Positions 10,258 through 19,078 of a DNA stretch of 55,542 bases are shown one piece after another. Source of the stretch: Rhodospirillales bacterium. GTDB lineage: Bacteria; Pseudomonadota; Alphaproteobacteria; Rhodospirillales; Casp-alpha2. Positions within the stretch are counted from its first letter, which is position 1. The number at the start of each line of letters is the position of its first letter. The stretch covers positions 1 to 55,542 of the forward strand of contig JAJFIJ010000027.1 of NCBI GenBank assembly GCA_021775105.1, in the 5' to 3' direction. The position numbers and the translations under genes are program-made. The notes under the pieces are model-generated. The model did no database searches, was not told where the DNA came from, and saw only the letters and a program-made list of their open reading frames with translations.

Positions 10258-11829
10258 TTATAATACAGTGGCGCTTCCGCCCCGGCGCTGATCACCGGCA
10301 GCGCGGAAATTCCGGTGATCTGAATCTGCATGAACACAATGAACACCACCAAAAAACAGATTTTTCTCATCCCATAACCGGGCATCTTCAAACTGCCGGG
10401 CAAAGTCTTGCCGCAGATCGGAATCAAACCCCTCTTCGACGTTCAGTTTTCCGGCTTCATAGTGAATACGGGGCGAGATTATGGCCTCTTCAACAGGCAT
10501 TCCGAATTCCAGAACATTCAATAACACCTGTAAAATTGCCGTACGAATTCTGTTTGATCCACCCGACCCCAGTGCGAATATTCCACCATCAGGTGCAATC
10601 GCTACACAGGGCGCCATCATTGAACTCATCCGTGTCGCCGTAGGCCATTGGTGAAATCCATGCGGGTTGATGTCTTCTTCACCCAGCATGTTGTTGAGCA
10701 TGATCCCTGTACCCGGCACCACATATCCGGCTCCCTCGCCGTTGGACAAAGTCAATGCAGCGGCATTTCCATCACCGTCAATTACGCTGATATGGGTTGT
10801 CCCGCGGTGAGACGCCGGTTGGCCCATTACCGATTTACGATAGGTTTCCAGCAATTCCGGATCAAACAGGGCCTGTTCAGCCTGACGTTCACCTACTTCA
10901 TGAATACCGCTTTCAATTCGCGCCTGATTGGTCAGGTCCATAACCTTAGCCAACAGGTTCAGATGCGCCATGCTGCCAAATTCAGTTCGCTCAAGATCGA
11001 CCCGATCGAGCAGCGCCAGGGCAAAGGCAATAAGAATTCCACCCGATGACGGAGGTGGATTGGTCAGCAATCTGGTTCCCTTGTATTCTCGCATCAGGGG
11101 GTGGCGGCGAATAACCTCGTAAGCTTCAAGATCCCTGCGTGTCAGGGTCCCGCCATTGCTTTGACAGTCCGTGGCAATTTGTCGGGCAATTTCACCACGA
11201 TAAAACAAATCATCGCCTTCGATTGAAATCGCTTCCAGTGCATCAGCGTAGGCCGGGTTGGAAAATCTTTCTCCCTCCCCTATCAGACGGCTCGGATCAT
11301 CAGCCGAGGCAAAAATCTGACGGCTGGCAGGCATCGACATGTAGATGCCGCCGACCACCTGAAAAATATACGCCTGGAGTCTGTTCATGGGTATGCCCTC
11401 ACGGGCCAGCGCCATCGCCGGTTCGATGATCCGTTTGATTGGCATCCGTCCAAGATCACGATTGATCTCAAACATGCCCTTCACCAAACCGGGGGTGGCA
11501 ATCGATGCCATGCCGATGTGAAATTCCTGCTGAACGGTGCCAAAGTCACAGGTAATGGGAAAGAAATCGCGGTTGCTGTGATCAGGGCGGGCGATTGGCG
11601 TGTGAGCAAAAAAATCATAAAGCCCGGATTTCCCATGGGCCGGCTTTGCCAGCAGAAATCCTCCGCCCCCCATAGACGACAATACGGGTTCGGTTACGCA
11701 ACTTGCTGCCATAGCCCCCAGCACGGCGTCAAACGCGTTTCCGCCTTCTTCCAGAATTATCCGTGCCGCAGCTGTGGTTTCCGGGTGACCAGACGCAATG
11801 GCCCCGGTTTTTTTTGATGATGAATTCAT
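10258..11829 (-). CDS. Gamma-glutamyltransferase family protein (no signal peptide seen)
   Basis: 'GGNAFDAVLGAMAASCVTEP', autoprocessing-site-like 'HRGTTHISVIDGDGN', 'GSGGSNRIRTAILQVL'. Confidence 0.85.
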   Translation of the reverse strand: MNSSSKKTGAIASGHPETTAAARIILEEGGNAFDAVLGAMAASCVTEPVLSSMGGGGFLLAKPAHGKSGLYDFFAHTPIARPDHSNRDFFPITCDFGTVQQEFHIGMASIATPGLVKGMFEINRDLGRMPIKRIIEPAMALAREGIPMNRLQAYIFQVVGGIYMSMPASRQIFASADDPSRLIGEGERFSNPAYADALEAISIEGDDLFYRGEIARQIATDCQSNGGTLTRRDLEAYEVIRRHPLMREYKGTRLLTNPPPSSGGILIAFALALLDRVDLERTEFGSMAHLNLLAKVMDLTNQARIESGIHEVGERQAEQALFDPELLETYRKSVMGQPASHRGTTHISVIDGDGNAAALTLSNGEGAGYVVPGTGIMLNNMLGEEDINPHGFHQWPTATRMSSMMAPCVAIAPDGGIFALGSGGSNRIRTAILQVLLNVLEFGMPVEEAIISPRIHYEAGKLNVEEGFDSDLRQDFARQFEDARLWDEKNLFFGGVHCVHADSDHRNFRAAGDQRRGGSATVL

Positions 11830-12007
11830 GTCTATTATTCTGGACGGCCTGTCGCGCCAATATCTCCAATGTAAGCAACAATTTTAATGTAACCGACAAA
11901 ACACAAAACAAAAGATTCCCCTGAGGGATTCTCTTCGATATGCTGTCTACTCGTCTCTGGGCGGGTTCCCGGAGGGTATATCTGATTTCAAGGCCAAAGA
12001 GGTTTTC

Positions 12008-12607
12008 ATGCGTCGAACACTGGGAATTCTGCTGTTGTCTATTGCGGTGCTGATGGGAGTCGGCTCGGCCTATGCTCAGGAAGGGCTGATGAATTCGATT
12101 TCATTTCGCGATATTCCGACGAATGCCAAATTACAGGTTCAGCCACTGGACAATTCTGATGAAAATCTCGTGTTACAGGTGGAATTTGAAAAAGCGCTGC
12201 AGGCTCAAGGATTCACACTCACCTCCGACGCTGCCCTGATACTGACCTTCGAAACCAGAGATGAAATCGGTGCATGGACGACGACTGACCGTCGCCATGT
12301 TTTTTCGTTTGAATCCAAGGGCGGGCGCAGTGGTGGTGAAAACGCCAAGGCCAGAGTCAATGTTTTTGATAGTCAGACCGGTGGATTGTTTAACAAAGGT
12401 CACAGCGGCACAAATATTGCTACACCCAGTTCCTACCGTATCGACGTCACTGTTGAAGACCGGGGCACCGGAAAACGCCTTTGGCAGGGTTGGTCAACGG
12501 CCCGGCTGGGAGCTGGTGACGGCCTTTCACTGACCCGTAAGATGATCCCGGCTCTAGCCGAAGCGGTCGGTAAAACCGTTAAACAAAAAACCTTCGACCT
12601 CTACTGA
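12008..12607 (+). CDS. Hypothetical secreted protein
   Basis: Signal peptide 'LLLSIAVLMGVGSAYA/QE'. No family motif recognised. Confidence 0.6.
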   Translation: MRRTLGILLLSIAVLMGVGSAYAQEGLMNSISFRDIPTNAKLQVQPLDNSDENLVLQVEFEKALQAQGFTLTSDAALILTFETRDEIGAWTTTDRRHVFSFESKGGRSGGENAKARVNVFDSQTGGLFNKGHSGTNIATPSSYRIDVTVEDRGTGKRLWQGWSTARLGAGDGLSLTRKMIPALAEAVGKTVKQKTFDLY

Positions 12608-12640
12608 TGATCTGATCAGCATACGGTTTTGTTAATTTCA

Positions 12641-12676
12641 TCAACTATATTTCGAATATTCTAGAAATATAGTTGA
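12641..12676. promoter_or_regulatory. Candidate ArsR/SmtB operator: perfect 13-bp inverted repeat with a 10-nt spacer
   Basis: TCAACTATATTTC-gaatattcta-GAAATATAGTTGA, ending 31 nt upstream of the ArsR-family gene. Confidence 0.55.
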
Positions 12677-12707
12677 CTTACACATAAAATCGTCATATTC
12701 AGTAATC

Positions 12708-13022
12708 ATGGATGAAAAACAGGCGGCTAAATGTTTAAGTGAACTGGGCAATCCGACGCGCCTCGCGGTGTACCGGTTGCTGGTCCGCGCCGGGCCTGAT
12801 GGCATGACCGTTGGAGACATTCAGCGCCGCCTTGAAATTCCGGCATCAACACTATCGCATCATATCGCACATCTGGTCTGGGCCGGGCTGATTGAACAGG
12901 ACCGCCAGGGGCGCACGCTTCATTGTCGCACAACGGACGGCATGATGAATGCCCTGATTGAATTTCTCAGCGCCGAATGCTGTGAAGGGTTTGACCGCAA
13001 CAATGAAACCGCAAGCGCCTGA
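12708..13022 (+). CDS. ArsR/SmtB-family metalloregulator
   Basis: 'LSELGNPTRLAVYRLL', 'TVGDIQRRLEIPASTLSHHIAHLVWAGLI', C-terminal vicinal Cys 'SAECCEGF'. Confidence 0.88.
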   Translation: MDEKQAAKCLSELGNPTRLAVYRLLVRAGPDGMTVGDIQRRLEIPASTLSHHIAHLVWAGLIEQDRQGRTLHCRTTDGMMNALIEFLSAECCEGFDRNNETASA

Positions 13023-13080
13023 GTTTTTTTAAACAGATAGTTCGATAATCGTCGAAATAATATAAGACAGGATTTTGACC

Positions 13081-14133
13081 ATGGATACCACACAGAACAT
13101 CGCCCCCCGGCAACCGGAGCGGAAATTCAGATTTCCAGCAATCAAAATCGACCCGGTCATTATCGTCTTCGCCGCCATCGTCGCCGCACTGGCCGTATTG
13201 GACAGTGCCCAAATTCCCACCAGTTTCACTTTTATGGCGGGGTCGCTCGGCTGGATTGCGCCGTTCTTTATCTTGTCCATTGGGGTCGCCGGTTACGCCA
13301 AGGCTAGTGGTGCCGAACATCTGATAGCCCAGGTCTTTTCCGGCAATCCGGTTCGCATGATTGTCGCGGCATCCGTATTTGGCGCTTTGTCACCGTTCTG
13401 CTCGATCGGCGTTATTCCCATTATTGCCGGATTACTGAGTGCCGGTGTTCCGCTGGCGCCCGTTATGGCCTTCTGGCTCTCATCTCCACTGATGGACCCT
13501 GAAATGTTTGTCATCAGTTCGGCTGGGCTCGGCTTGCAGTTCACAACCGCCAAAACCCTGTTTGCCATCATGATTGGACTGCTGGGCGGCATGACAACGT
13601 TGATGATGCAGCGTATCGGTTTTTTTGAGAATGCCGTTCTGAGCACTTCAGACGGTTGCGGCAGCTGCTGCTCGGCAGACAAATCCGACACGAAAGTAAA
13701 CTGGAAATTCTGGAACGAACCCGGTCGTCGTCAGGAATTCTTCGGCAGCTTCAGAGAAAACGGATGGTTTCTGGGTAAATGGCTGACCTTTGCCTTTCTG
13801 ATCGAAAGTATCATGATCGCCTATGTTCCGGCGTCGTTCATTTCAACCTGGCTCGGCCAGGATACATGGTGGACCCTGCCATCAGCCGTCCTGATCGGCA
13901 TCCCCACATACCTGAACGGTTTTGCGGCTGTTCCGTTAATGGCTGAACTGATCGAAATGGGTATGATGCCGGGCGCGGCAATGGCCTTCATGATTGCCGG
14001 TGGCGTTACCAGTATTCCCGCCGCCATTGCCGTTTTTGCCCTTGTCCGACGCGCAATATTTGCCTGGTATATCGTATTGGCGCTGATCAGTGCGTTGCTT
14101 TCGGGCAGTCTTTATCAGATGATTGCAATCTGA
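13081..14133 (+). CDS. Polytopic permease, DUF318/YraQ (ArsP-like) family
   Basis: About 8-10 hydrophobic helices, 'GALSPFCSIGVIPI' motif, Cys-rich central loop 'SDGCGSCCSADKS', directly downstream of the ArsR gene. ATG at 13081 (the ORF track uses the TTG at 13075). Confidence 0.7.
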   Translation: MDTTQNIAPRQPERKFRFPAIKIDPVIIVFAAIVAALAVLDSAQIPTSFTFMAGSLGWIAPFFILSIGVAGYAKASGAEHLIAQVFSGNPVRMIVAASVFGALSPFCSIGVIPIIAGLLSAGVPLAPVMAFWLSSPLMDPEMFVISSAGLGLQFTTAKTLFAIMIGLLGGMTTLMMQRIGFFENAVLSTSDGCGSCCSADKSDTKVNWKFWNEPGRRQEFFGSFRENGWFLGKWLTFAFLIESIMIAYVPASFISTWLGQDTWWTLPSAVLIGIPTYLNGFAAVPLMAELIEMGMMPGAAMAFMIAGGVTSIPAAIAVFALVRRAIFAWYIVLALISALLSGSLYQMIAI

Positions 14134-14181
14134 TCCGGCAGGAGCAGCCTTACCAAATCAACGTTGGCGGACCCCGACATC

Positions 14182-15390
14182 ATGCAATCAGAAGGTAACC
14201 GCCCGCTACGCCAGATTATCTGGTCTTTCGCGGTCGCCGAAACCATCGTCTGGGCAGCACTTTATTATTCTTTCCCGGCCCTGTTACCGGAATGGGAGCG
14301 CGATCTTGGCTGGACAAAAACTGAACTGTCAGCCGCCTTCACCTCTTCGCTGATTTTGTCAGCCCTGCTGGCCCCTTATGTGGGCCGGTTGATTGACCGC
14401 GGTCATGCTATTCGCGTGTTTCCCGGCAGCGCACTTTTGGGTGCCGTTCTTTTTGCCACATTGTCACTGGTCAGGGAGTTCTGGCAGTTTTACGTGATTT
14501 GGCTTGGGCTTGGTGTGGCCATGTCAGGCGCGCTTTACGAAGCCTGCTTTGCCATCGTCACGCGCGCAACCGGAGACAAAAGCAAGCAGGCGATAACCCG
14601 CATAACCCTTGTTGCCGGCCTGGCCGGAACAGTCTCGTTTCCATCAGCACACGCGCTGACCGGTCTGTTTGGCTGGCGAAATACCGTTTTGATTTTTGCC
14701 GCTACAGTCGCCGTTGTCGCCATTCCCCTGATCTGGTTCGGGTGCCGTTCTGCCCTCGATCAATTAAAAGCAACAAAAACCACCAAACAACATGAGAAAA
14801 CACCTGCTCGTGACGTCCTTAAATCAAAAATTTTCTGGCTTCTGGCGATTGCCTTCACCACGATTTCCATCGACCACGGTCTGCTGCTGACGCATATGCT
14901 GCCGATCATGGATGATCGTGGTGTCAGTCCGGAAATTGCCGTCCTCGCTGCCGCCATGATCGGCCCCATGCAGGTAACCGGTCGCATTGTCATGATTATG
15001 GTCGAACGCAAGGTATCCATATTCGGTATCGCGATCGGTTGTTTTCTGGCGATGGCTACGGCGGCCGGATTTCTGCTCGGCTCTGGAGGAATGTTGCCCC
15101 TGATATTCACCTTCGTCGTCTTACAGGGCGCGGGATACGGCGTCACCAGCATCGTCCGTCCGGTGATCACAGCGGAACTTCTGGGACGACAGAATTTTGG
15201 CGTCATATCCGGCATGCTGGCCCTGCCCTTCATGTTCGGGGCAGCCACCGCGCCAACGATTTCCGCCCTCGTCTGGTCACTTGGCGGTTACGATATGGTC
15301 ATCATGCTGGCCCAGATAATGACGGGCATCGGGTTGATAGCGCTATTGATGGCACGACGATCAACCGGGCGCGCACCACCAAACAAATAG
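14182..15390 (+). CDS. MFS transporter
   Basis: About 12 hydrophobic segments and MFS motif-A-like 'GRLIDRGHAIR'. ATG at 14182 (the ORF track uses the TTG at 14164). Confidence 0.8.
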   Translation: MQSEGNRPLRQIIWSFAVAETIVWAALYYSFPALLPEWERDLGWTKTELSAAFTSSLILSALLAPYVGRLIDRGHAIRVFPGSALLGAVLFATLSLVREFWQFYVIWLGLGVAMSGALYEACFAIVTRATGDKSKQAITRITLVAGLAGTVSFPSAHALTGLFGWRNTVLIFAATVAVVAIPLIWFGCRSALDQLKATKTTKQHEKTPARDVLKSKIFWLLAIAFTTISIDHGLLLTHMLPIMDDRGVSPEIAVLAAAMIGPMQVTGRIVMIMVERKVSIFGIAIGCFLAMATAAGFLLGSGGMLPLIFTFVVLQGAGYGVTSIVRPVITAELLGRQNFGVISGMLALPFMFGAATAPTISALVWSLGGYDMVIMLAQIMTGIGLIALLMARRSTGRAPPNK

Positions 15391-15629
15391 GTCCCGCGCC
15401 TGACACTCATTACCGACACGGGACTCCCGTTAATTCACCTCCGGCTTTGATTTCTGTTAAAAACATGTGATACGAAGAGAAATACACAACCCGAGGTTGG
15501 CTATTGCGATTGAATCGCAGATATGATCTCATACGTAAGTATACATGATGGGGTTATAAATTCTGCTCTCATTGCGTTTGATTTATTCAATCAAGAAATT
15601 GGGGACTCGCTTGTCAACCAACAGAACCC

Positions 15630-17828
15630 GTGGGGAATCCCGCTGTGAGCGCTGATAAGCGAAAGCTGATTGTCGGATCAGCTCTGATCGGGTTGGTTTT
15701 GTTTGGACTTGGCACATCCATTCTGACAGGGGAGCGACTGAGAGCGACCGCATACACCGACTGGGTAAACAAGGGCAAGGTCGATGCGCGCCGCATGACA
15801 GGCAGTATCCTGTTCTGGATATCCAAGGCCGAAGTCAATCTCCGCGCCATCGCCGGACAATTCCGCAGCGGACTGTATCCGGATCAGAAAACATTTTTCA
15901 AATTCATTGACGATGCTGAAACATGGGATCCTGACGTCACTTTCGACTCTGTCGTTTATGCAAAACGGATACTACGACAGGACCGGGACGCCAATGAAAA
16001 AGAGCAAGGCGCAGATATTACGGTTATTGGTTCGCGTGATCAGCGCGCCCCTGAAGTGTTCGAGAGTTTTGCGGTCGAACTGGTATCGCGCGACGACGGC
16101 ATTCTCCACATGCGATCCGACCTTACAACCCTTCCGGCAGTCAAGACAGCAGTCCTCACCGCTCGTCAAAGCCCTGGCCATGTGATTCTTGGCCCTGCAT
16201 TCAAAGGGAAAGACGGAGACAATCATGCCGTAATTGCAACTGTCACTGATCTCGCTGGCGGAACCGGGATCATGGCAGCGACGGTCAATCTGGTAGATTT
16301 TTTTTCCGGGTTTACCGCTGATTACCTACCCAACGGCATTCAGGTCCGGCTCATAGAACGCGACAGTGAATCTCGCGCCAAGAACCTCTTCATCCCGATC
16401 ATTGGAACCCTTGAACCCCCTGAAGATGTTGTCGCCACTGAAATTATTCGCATTACCAGCGGTCAGGCGCGATGGGACCTGCATTGGGACATCATGCCTG
16501 ATTATCTGGAAGGTCCGTCCAACCAATTTGCCCTTCTGGTGAGCATCGGGGGCTCAATCCTGACATTGCTGATTGCGTTTATTTTTTACGGGATCTCGAT
16601 GCAGAACATCCGGTTTCAGCGCTTGGTCGATGACCGGACGGCAGAACTTTCCCAAAATTCAATGCTGGTCCAGTTAACAATGGATTCCATTGATCAGGGA
16701 TTTGCCGTTTGGAATGCCGACCACAGGCTGGTGCTCTGGAGCAAACGCTGTGCCGATTTCTGGTACTATCCCAAGGGACTTCGGCCCGGAACGCATATGC
16801 AAGATTTACTCAAACACCTGGCGATGAACGGTGCCTTTGGCGAAGGGGATATTGAGGACATTGCCCATAGAGAGATGGCGCGGATCGTTGAAGCCGGCGG
16901 AGCATCCGACGAGATATTCCAGATGACCGACGAGCGTCAGGTACACGTCCGGCGCTTTCCGCTGGAGCACGGTGGATACGTTTCAATGTACACCGATGTA
17001 ACCGAACGCGAACGGGCATTGGAAACGCTCAGGAACTCTCATAATGTCCTGGAGCGCCGGGTAGCAGAGCGAACATACGATCTTGTCAAAGCGAGAGACG
17101 ATGCAATTTTGGCGGACCGCACAAAGAGCGAATTTATGGCTAATATGAGCCACGAGCTGCGAACGCCTTTGAATGCAATTATCGGCTTCTCGCAGATGGC
17201 CGCAGGCGAAATTCACGGTCCTCTCGGTGATCCAAAATACCTGGAGAATGCGTCCATCGTCGCAACCGCCGGAGAACATCTTCTGCAACTTATTTCCGAC
17301 ATTCTTGATCTTTCCAAAATCGAAGCCAAGGCGATGATTCTGGATGAAGAGAATGTCGATCTGGCAGAAATTGCCAAGGCCATTGAAAATATCATTTCAC
17401 CACGTGCCGAACAGGCCGAACTGGATCTGTCGATATCGGTTTCTCACGATATCCCCAATCTTAATTGCGACAAATTACGGGTTAAGCAGATGTTACTCAA
17501 TCTGACCGATAACGCAGTAAAATATACATCAAGCGGCGGCAAGGTTAGCATCAAGATCGATACGGATTCAGAAAATGCAATCCGGATCAGCGTTTCTGAT
17601 ACAGGTGTTGGAATCTCTGACGAAGACATTGAGCTTGTACTTGTTCCGTTCGGTCAAGTGAATTCAAACACAATGGTCCGCAACGGTGACGGGATTGGCC
17701 TCGGCCTCTCTTTAGTAAAACATATGGTGGAAATGCATGGCGGAACGCTGGCGCTGCAAAGCAAAATCGGTCAAGGCACGACGACAACCCTGCATTTCCC
17801 TGCCACCCGGACTGTTCAGACAAATTGA
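15630..17828 (+). CDS. Membrane sensor histidine kinase (periplasmic sensor domain, PAS, HisKA, HATPase); no receiver domain
   Basis: Two TM segments flank about 270 aa. PAS-like 'SIDQGFAVWNADHRLVLWS...YTDVTERE', H-box 'MSHELRTPLNAI', N-box 'LTDNAVKYT', G-boxes 'DTGVGI' and 'GIGLGLSL'. GTG start. Confidence 0.88.
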   Translation: MGNPAVSADKRKLIVGSALIGLVLFGLGTSILTGERLRATAYTDWVNKGKVDARRMTGSILFWISKAEVNLRAIAGQFRSGLYPDQKTFFKFIDDAETWDPDVTFDSVVYAKRILRQDRDANEKEQGADITVIGSRDQRAPEVFESFAVELVSRDDGILHMRSDLTTLPAVKTAVLTARQSPGHVILGPAFKGKDGDNHAVIATVTDLAGGTGIMAATVNLVDFFSGFTADYLPNGIQVRLIERDSESRAKNLFIPIIGTLEPPEDVVATEIIRITSGQARWDLHWDIMPDYLEGPSNQFALLVSIGGSILTLLIAFIFYGISMQNIRFQRLVDDRTAELSQNSMLVQLTMDSIDQGFAVWNADHRLVLWSKRCADFWYYPKGLRPGTHMQDLLKHLAMNGAFGEGDIEDIAHREMARIVEAGGASDEIFQMTDERQVHVRRFPLEHGGYVSMYTDVTERERALETLRNSHNVLERRVAERTYDLVKARDDAILADRTKSEFMANMSHELRTPLNAIIGFSQMAAGEIHGPLGDPKYLENASIVATAGEHLLQLISDILDLSKIEAKAMILDEENVDLAEIAKAIENIISPRAEQAELDLSISVSHDIPNLNCDKLRVKQMLLNLTDNAVKYTSSGGKVSIKIDTDSENAIRISVSDTGVGISDEDIELVLVPFGQVNSNTMVRNGDGIGLGLSLVKHMVEMHGGTLALQSKIGQGTTTTLHFPATRTVQTN

Positions 17829-17884
17829 GCTCCGTCACCCGAACGTGATTTCCGTTGCCGCGCCGCAACACATAAACTTCTGTC

Positions 17885-18055
17885 ATGATATTACATCGCC
17901 GCAAATTTGCTGCCGTAATTGTTCTTCTTGTCTCATTTAGCCAGATAATTTCACCGGTTCTTGCTGATTCGTCGCCCCCGCGCATTGACTGGAAGGAATT
18001 TCAGGATCTGCTGGGTAACGATCCGGAAAACGATGTGGGCGAACAGATGTGCTGA
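17885..18055 (+). CDS. Possible small secreted protein (56 aa), not in the ORF track
   Basis: My own translation: MILHRRKFAAVIVLLVSFSQIISPVLADSSPPRIDWKEFQDLLGNDPENDVGEQMC. It has a signal-peptide-like N-terminus and an acidic mature part ending in Cys. No clear Shine-Dalgarno sequence. Confidence 0.3.
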   Translation: MILHRRKFAAVIVLLVSFSQIISPVLADSSPPRIDWKEFQDLLGNDPENDVGEQMC

Positions 18056-18178
18056 GCCTGTGTTTTGTAAATATGATATAGGTCAAGGCCGGCTGGCGCC
18101 GTTTACGTTACTAGCCGACAACGCATTCGGAAGATTGTGCGGAAAAGAGTGCTGAAAACAAGCGTTTGATGTGCAGCT

Positions 18179-18913
18179 ATGGTGAACAAGAGTCGTTCGA
18201 AACAATTGCCGATCATGCCATGCCTTGGTGCGCGTATTCGCGCCAAAACCGAATGGGCTGCGCTGACACCTGAAGAGACTGACTTGTTCAACCGGCGCGT
18301 CGTTTGCCGGACCTACGCCGCCGGAGAAACCATCTTCGTTCAGGGTGACCCTTGCAAAGGCCTCTATCTGGTTGAGGGCGGATTGGTCGCAGTTCGCAAA
18401 ATGGATGAAGAAGGTCAATCAGCAATCGTTCGCCTGGCTTATCAGTGTGACACCCTTGGTTACCGCCCCCTGCTCGCCAAGGAGAATCACCGCGCCACCG
18501 CCGAGGTGATAAAGGAAGCGAAAATCTGTTTTGTCGATGCATCTACGATACGCGGGTTTCTCAAAAGCAACCCTCGACTTGGCATGAATTTTCTTGAACA
18601 TACCGCGCGGGCTTTCGGAGAAGCCGAGGAACGACTATTTCAGGTTGCAGCATTGAGCGTGCGCATTCGCGTCATACATCTGCTGGTTTTGTTGCGTGAT
18701 CATTATGGAACAACCACAAGTGACGGCACACTATTTGTTGAACTGCCGATGTCACAACGTAATCTTGCGGAAATGATCGGGGCCCGCCCCGAGTCGGTAT
18801 CAAGGGCCTTGCGCAATATTCAGGATGAAGGGCTGCTGAACATGTCCGGTCGCACCATACGCGTCAATCATCTTGATCGTCTTATCGGTGAACTTCACCA
18901 CAACCTCCATTAG
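18179..18913 (+). CDS. Crp/Fnr-family transcriptional regulator
   Basis: Beta-roll effector domain 'GETIFVQGDPCKGLYLVEGGLVAVRK' and HTH 'SQRNLAEMIGARPESVSRALRNIQDEGLL'. No canonical FNR N-terminal Cys cluster. Confidence 0.85.
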   Translation: MVNKSRSKQLPIMPCLGARIRAKTEWAALTPEETDLFNRRVVCRTYAAGETIFVQGDPCKGLYLVEGGLVAVRKMDEEGQSAIVRLAYQCDTLGYRPLLAKENHRATAEVIKEAKICFVDASTIRGFLKSNPRLGMNFLEHTARAFGEAEERLFQVAALSVRIRVIHLLVLLRDHYGTTTSDGTLFVELPMSQRNLAEMIGARPESVSRALRNIQDEGLLNMSGRTIRVNHLDRLIGELHHNLH

Positions 18914-18982
18914 CAAAACTCACAATGGTCGTTTGATTATTCGCCCACAGGCGGTTGGCGATGAAATCTTTAATTCGCATTT

Positions 18983-18998
18983 GATGACTTAAGTCATC
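18983..18998. promoter_or_regulatory. Perfect 16-bp palindrome, candidate Crp/Fnr-type operator upstream of the oxidoreductase operon
   Basis: GATGACTT/AAGTCATC, centred about 88 nt upstream of the ATG at 19079 and 70 nt downstream of the Crp/Fnr gene. Confidence 0.5.
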
Positions 18999-19078
18999 GC
19001 CTGAAAAACTCGCCCGACGGACAATTACCACGTTCCAAAATTTTAATTGCGTCAACTCGCAAGGAAAGAGGGCTTGGT

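Noticed and set aside
15578-15594. FNR-box-like TTGATT-TATTC-AATCAA upstream of the sensor kinase
   Set aside because: The half-sites resemble FNR (TTGAT/ATCAA) but the spacing is wrong: 9 nt between the TGA and TCA cores instead of 6. I do not call it an FNR site. It remains a generic palindrome, mentioned under the kinase finding.
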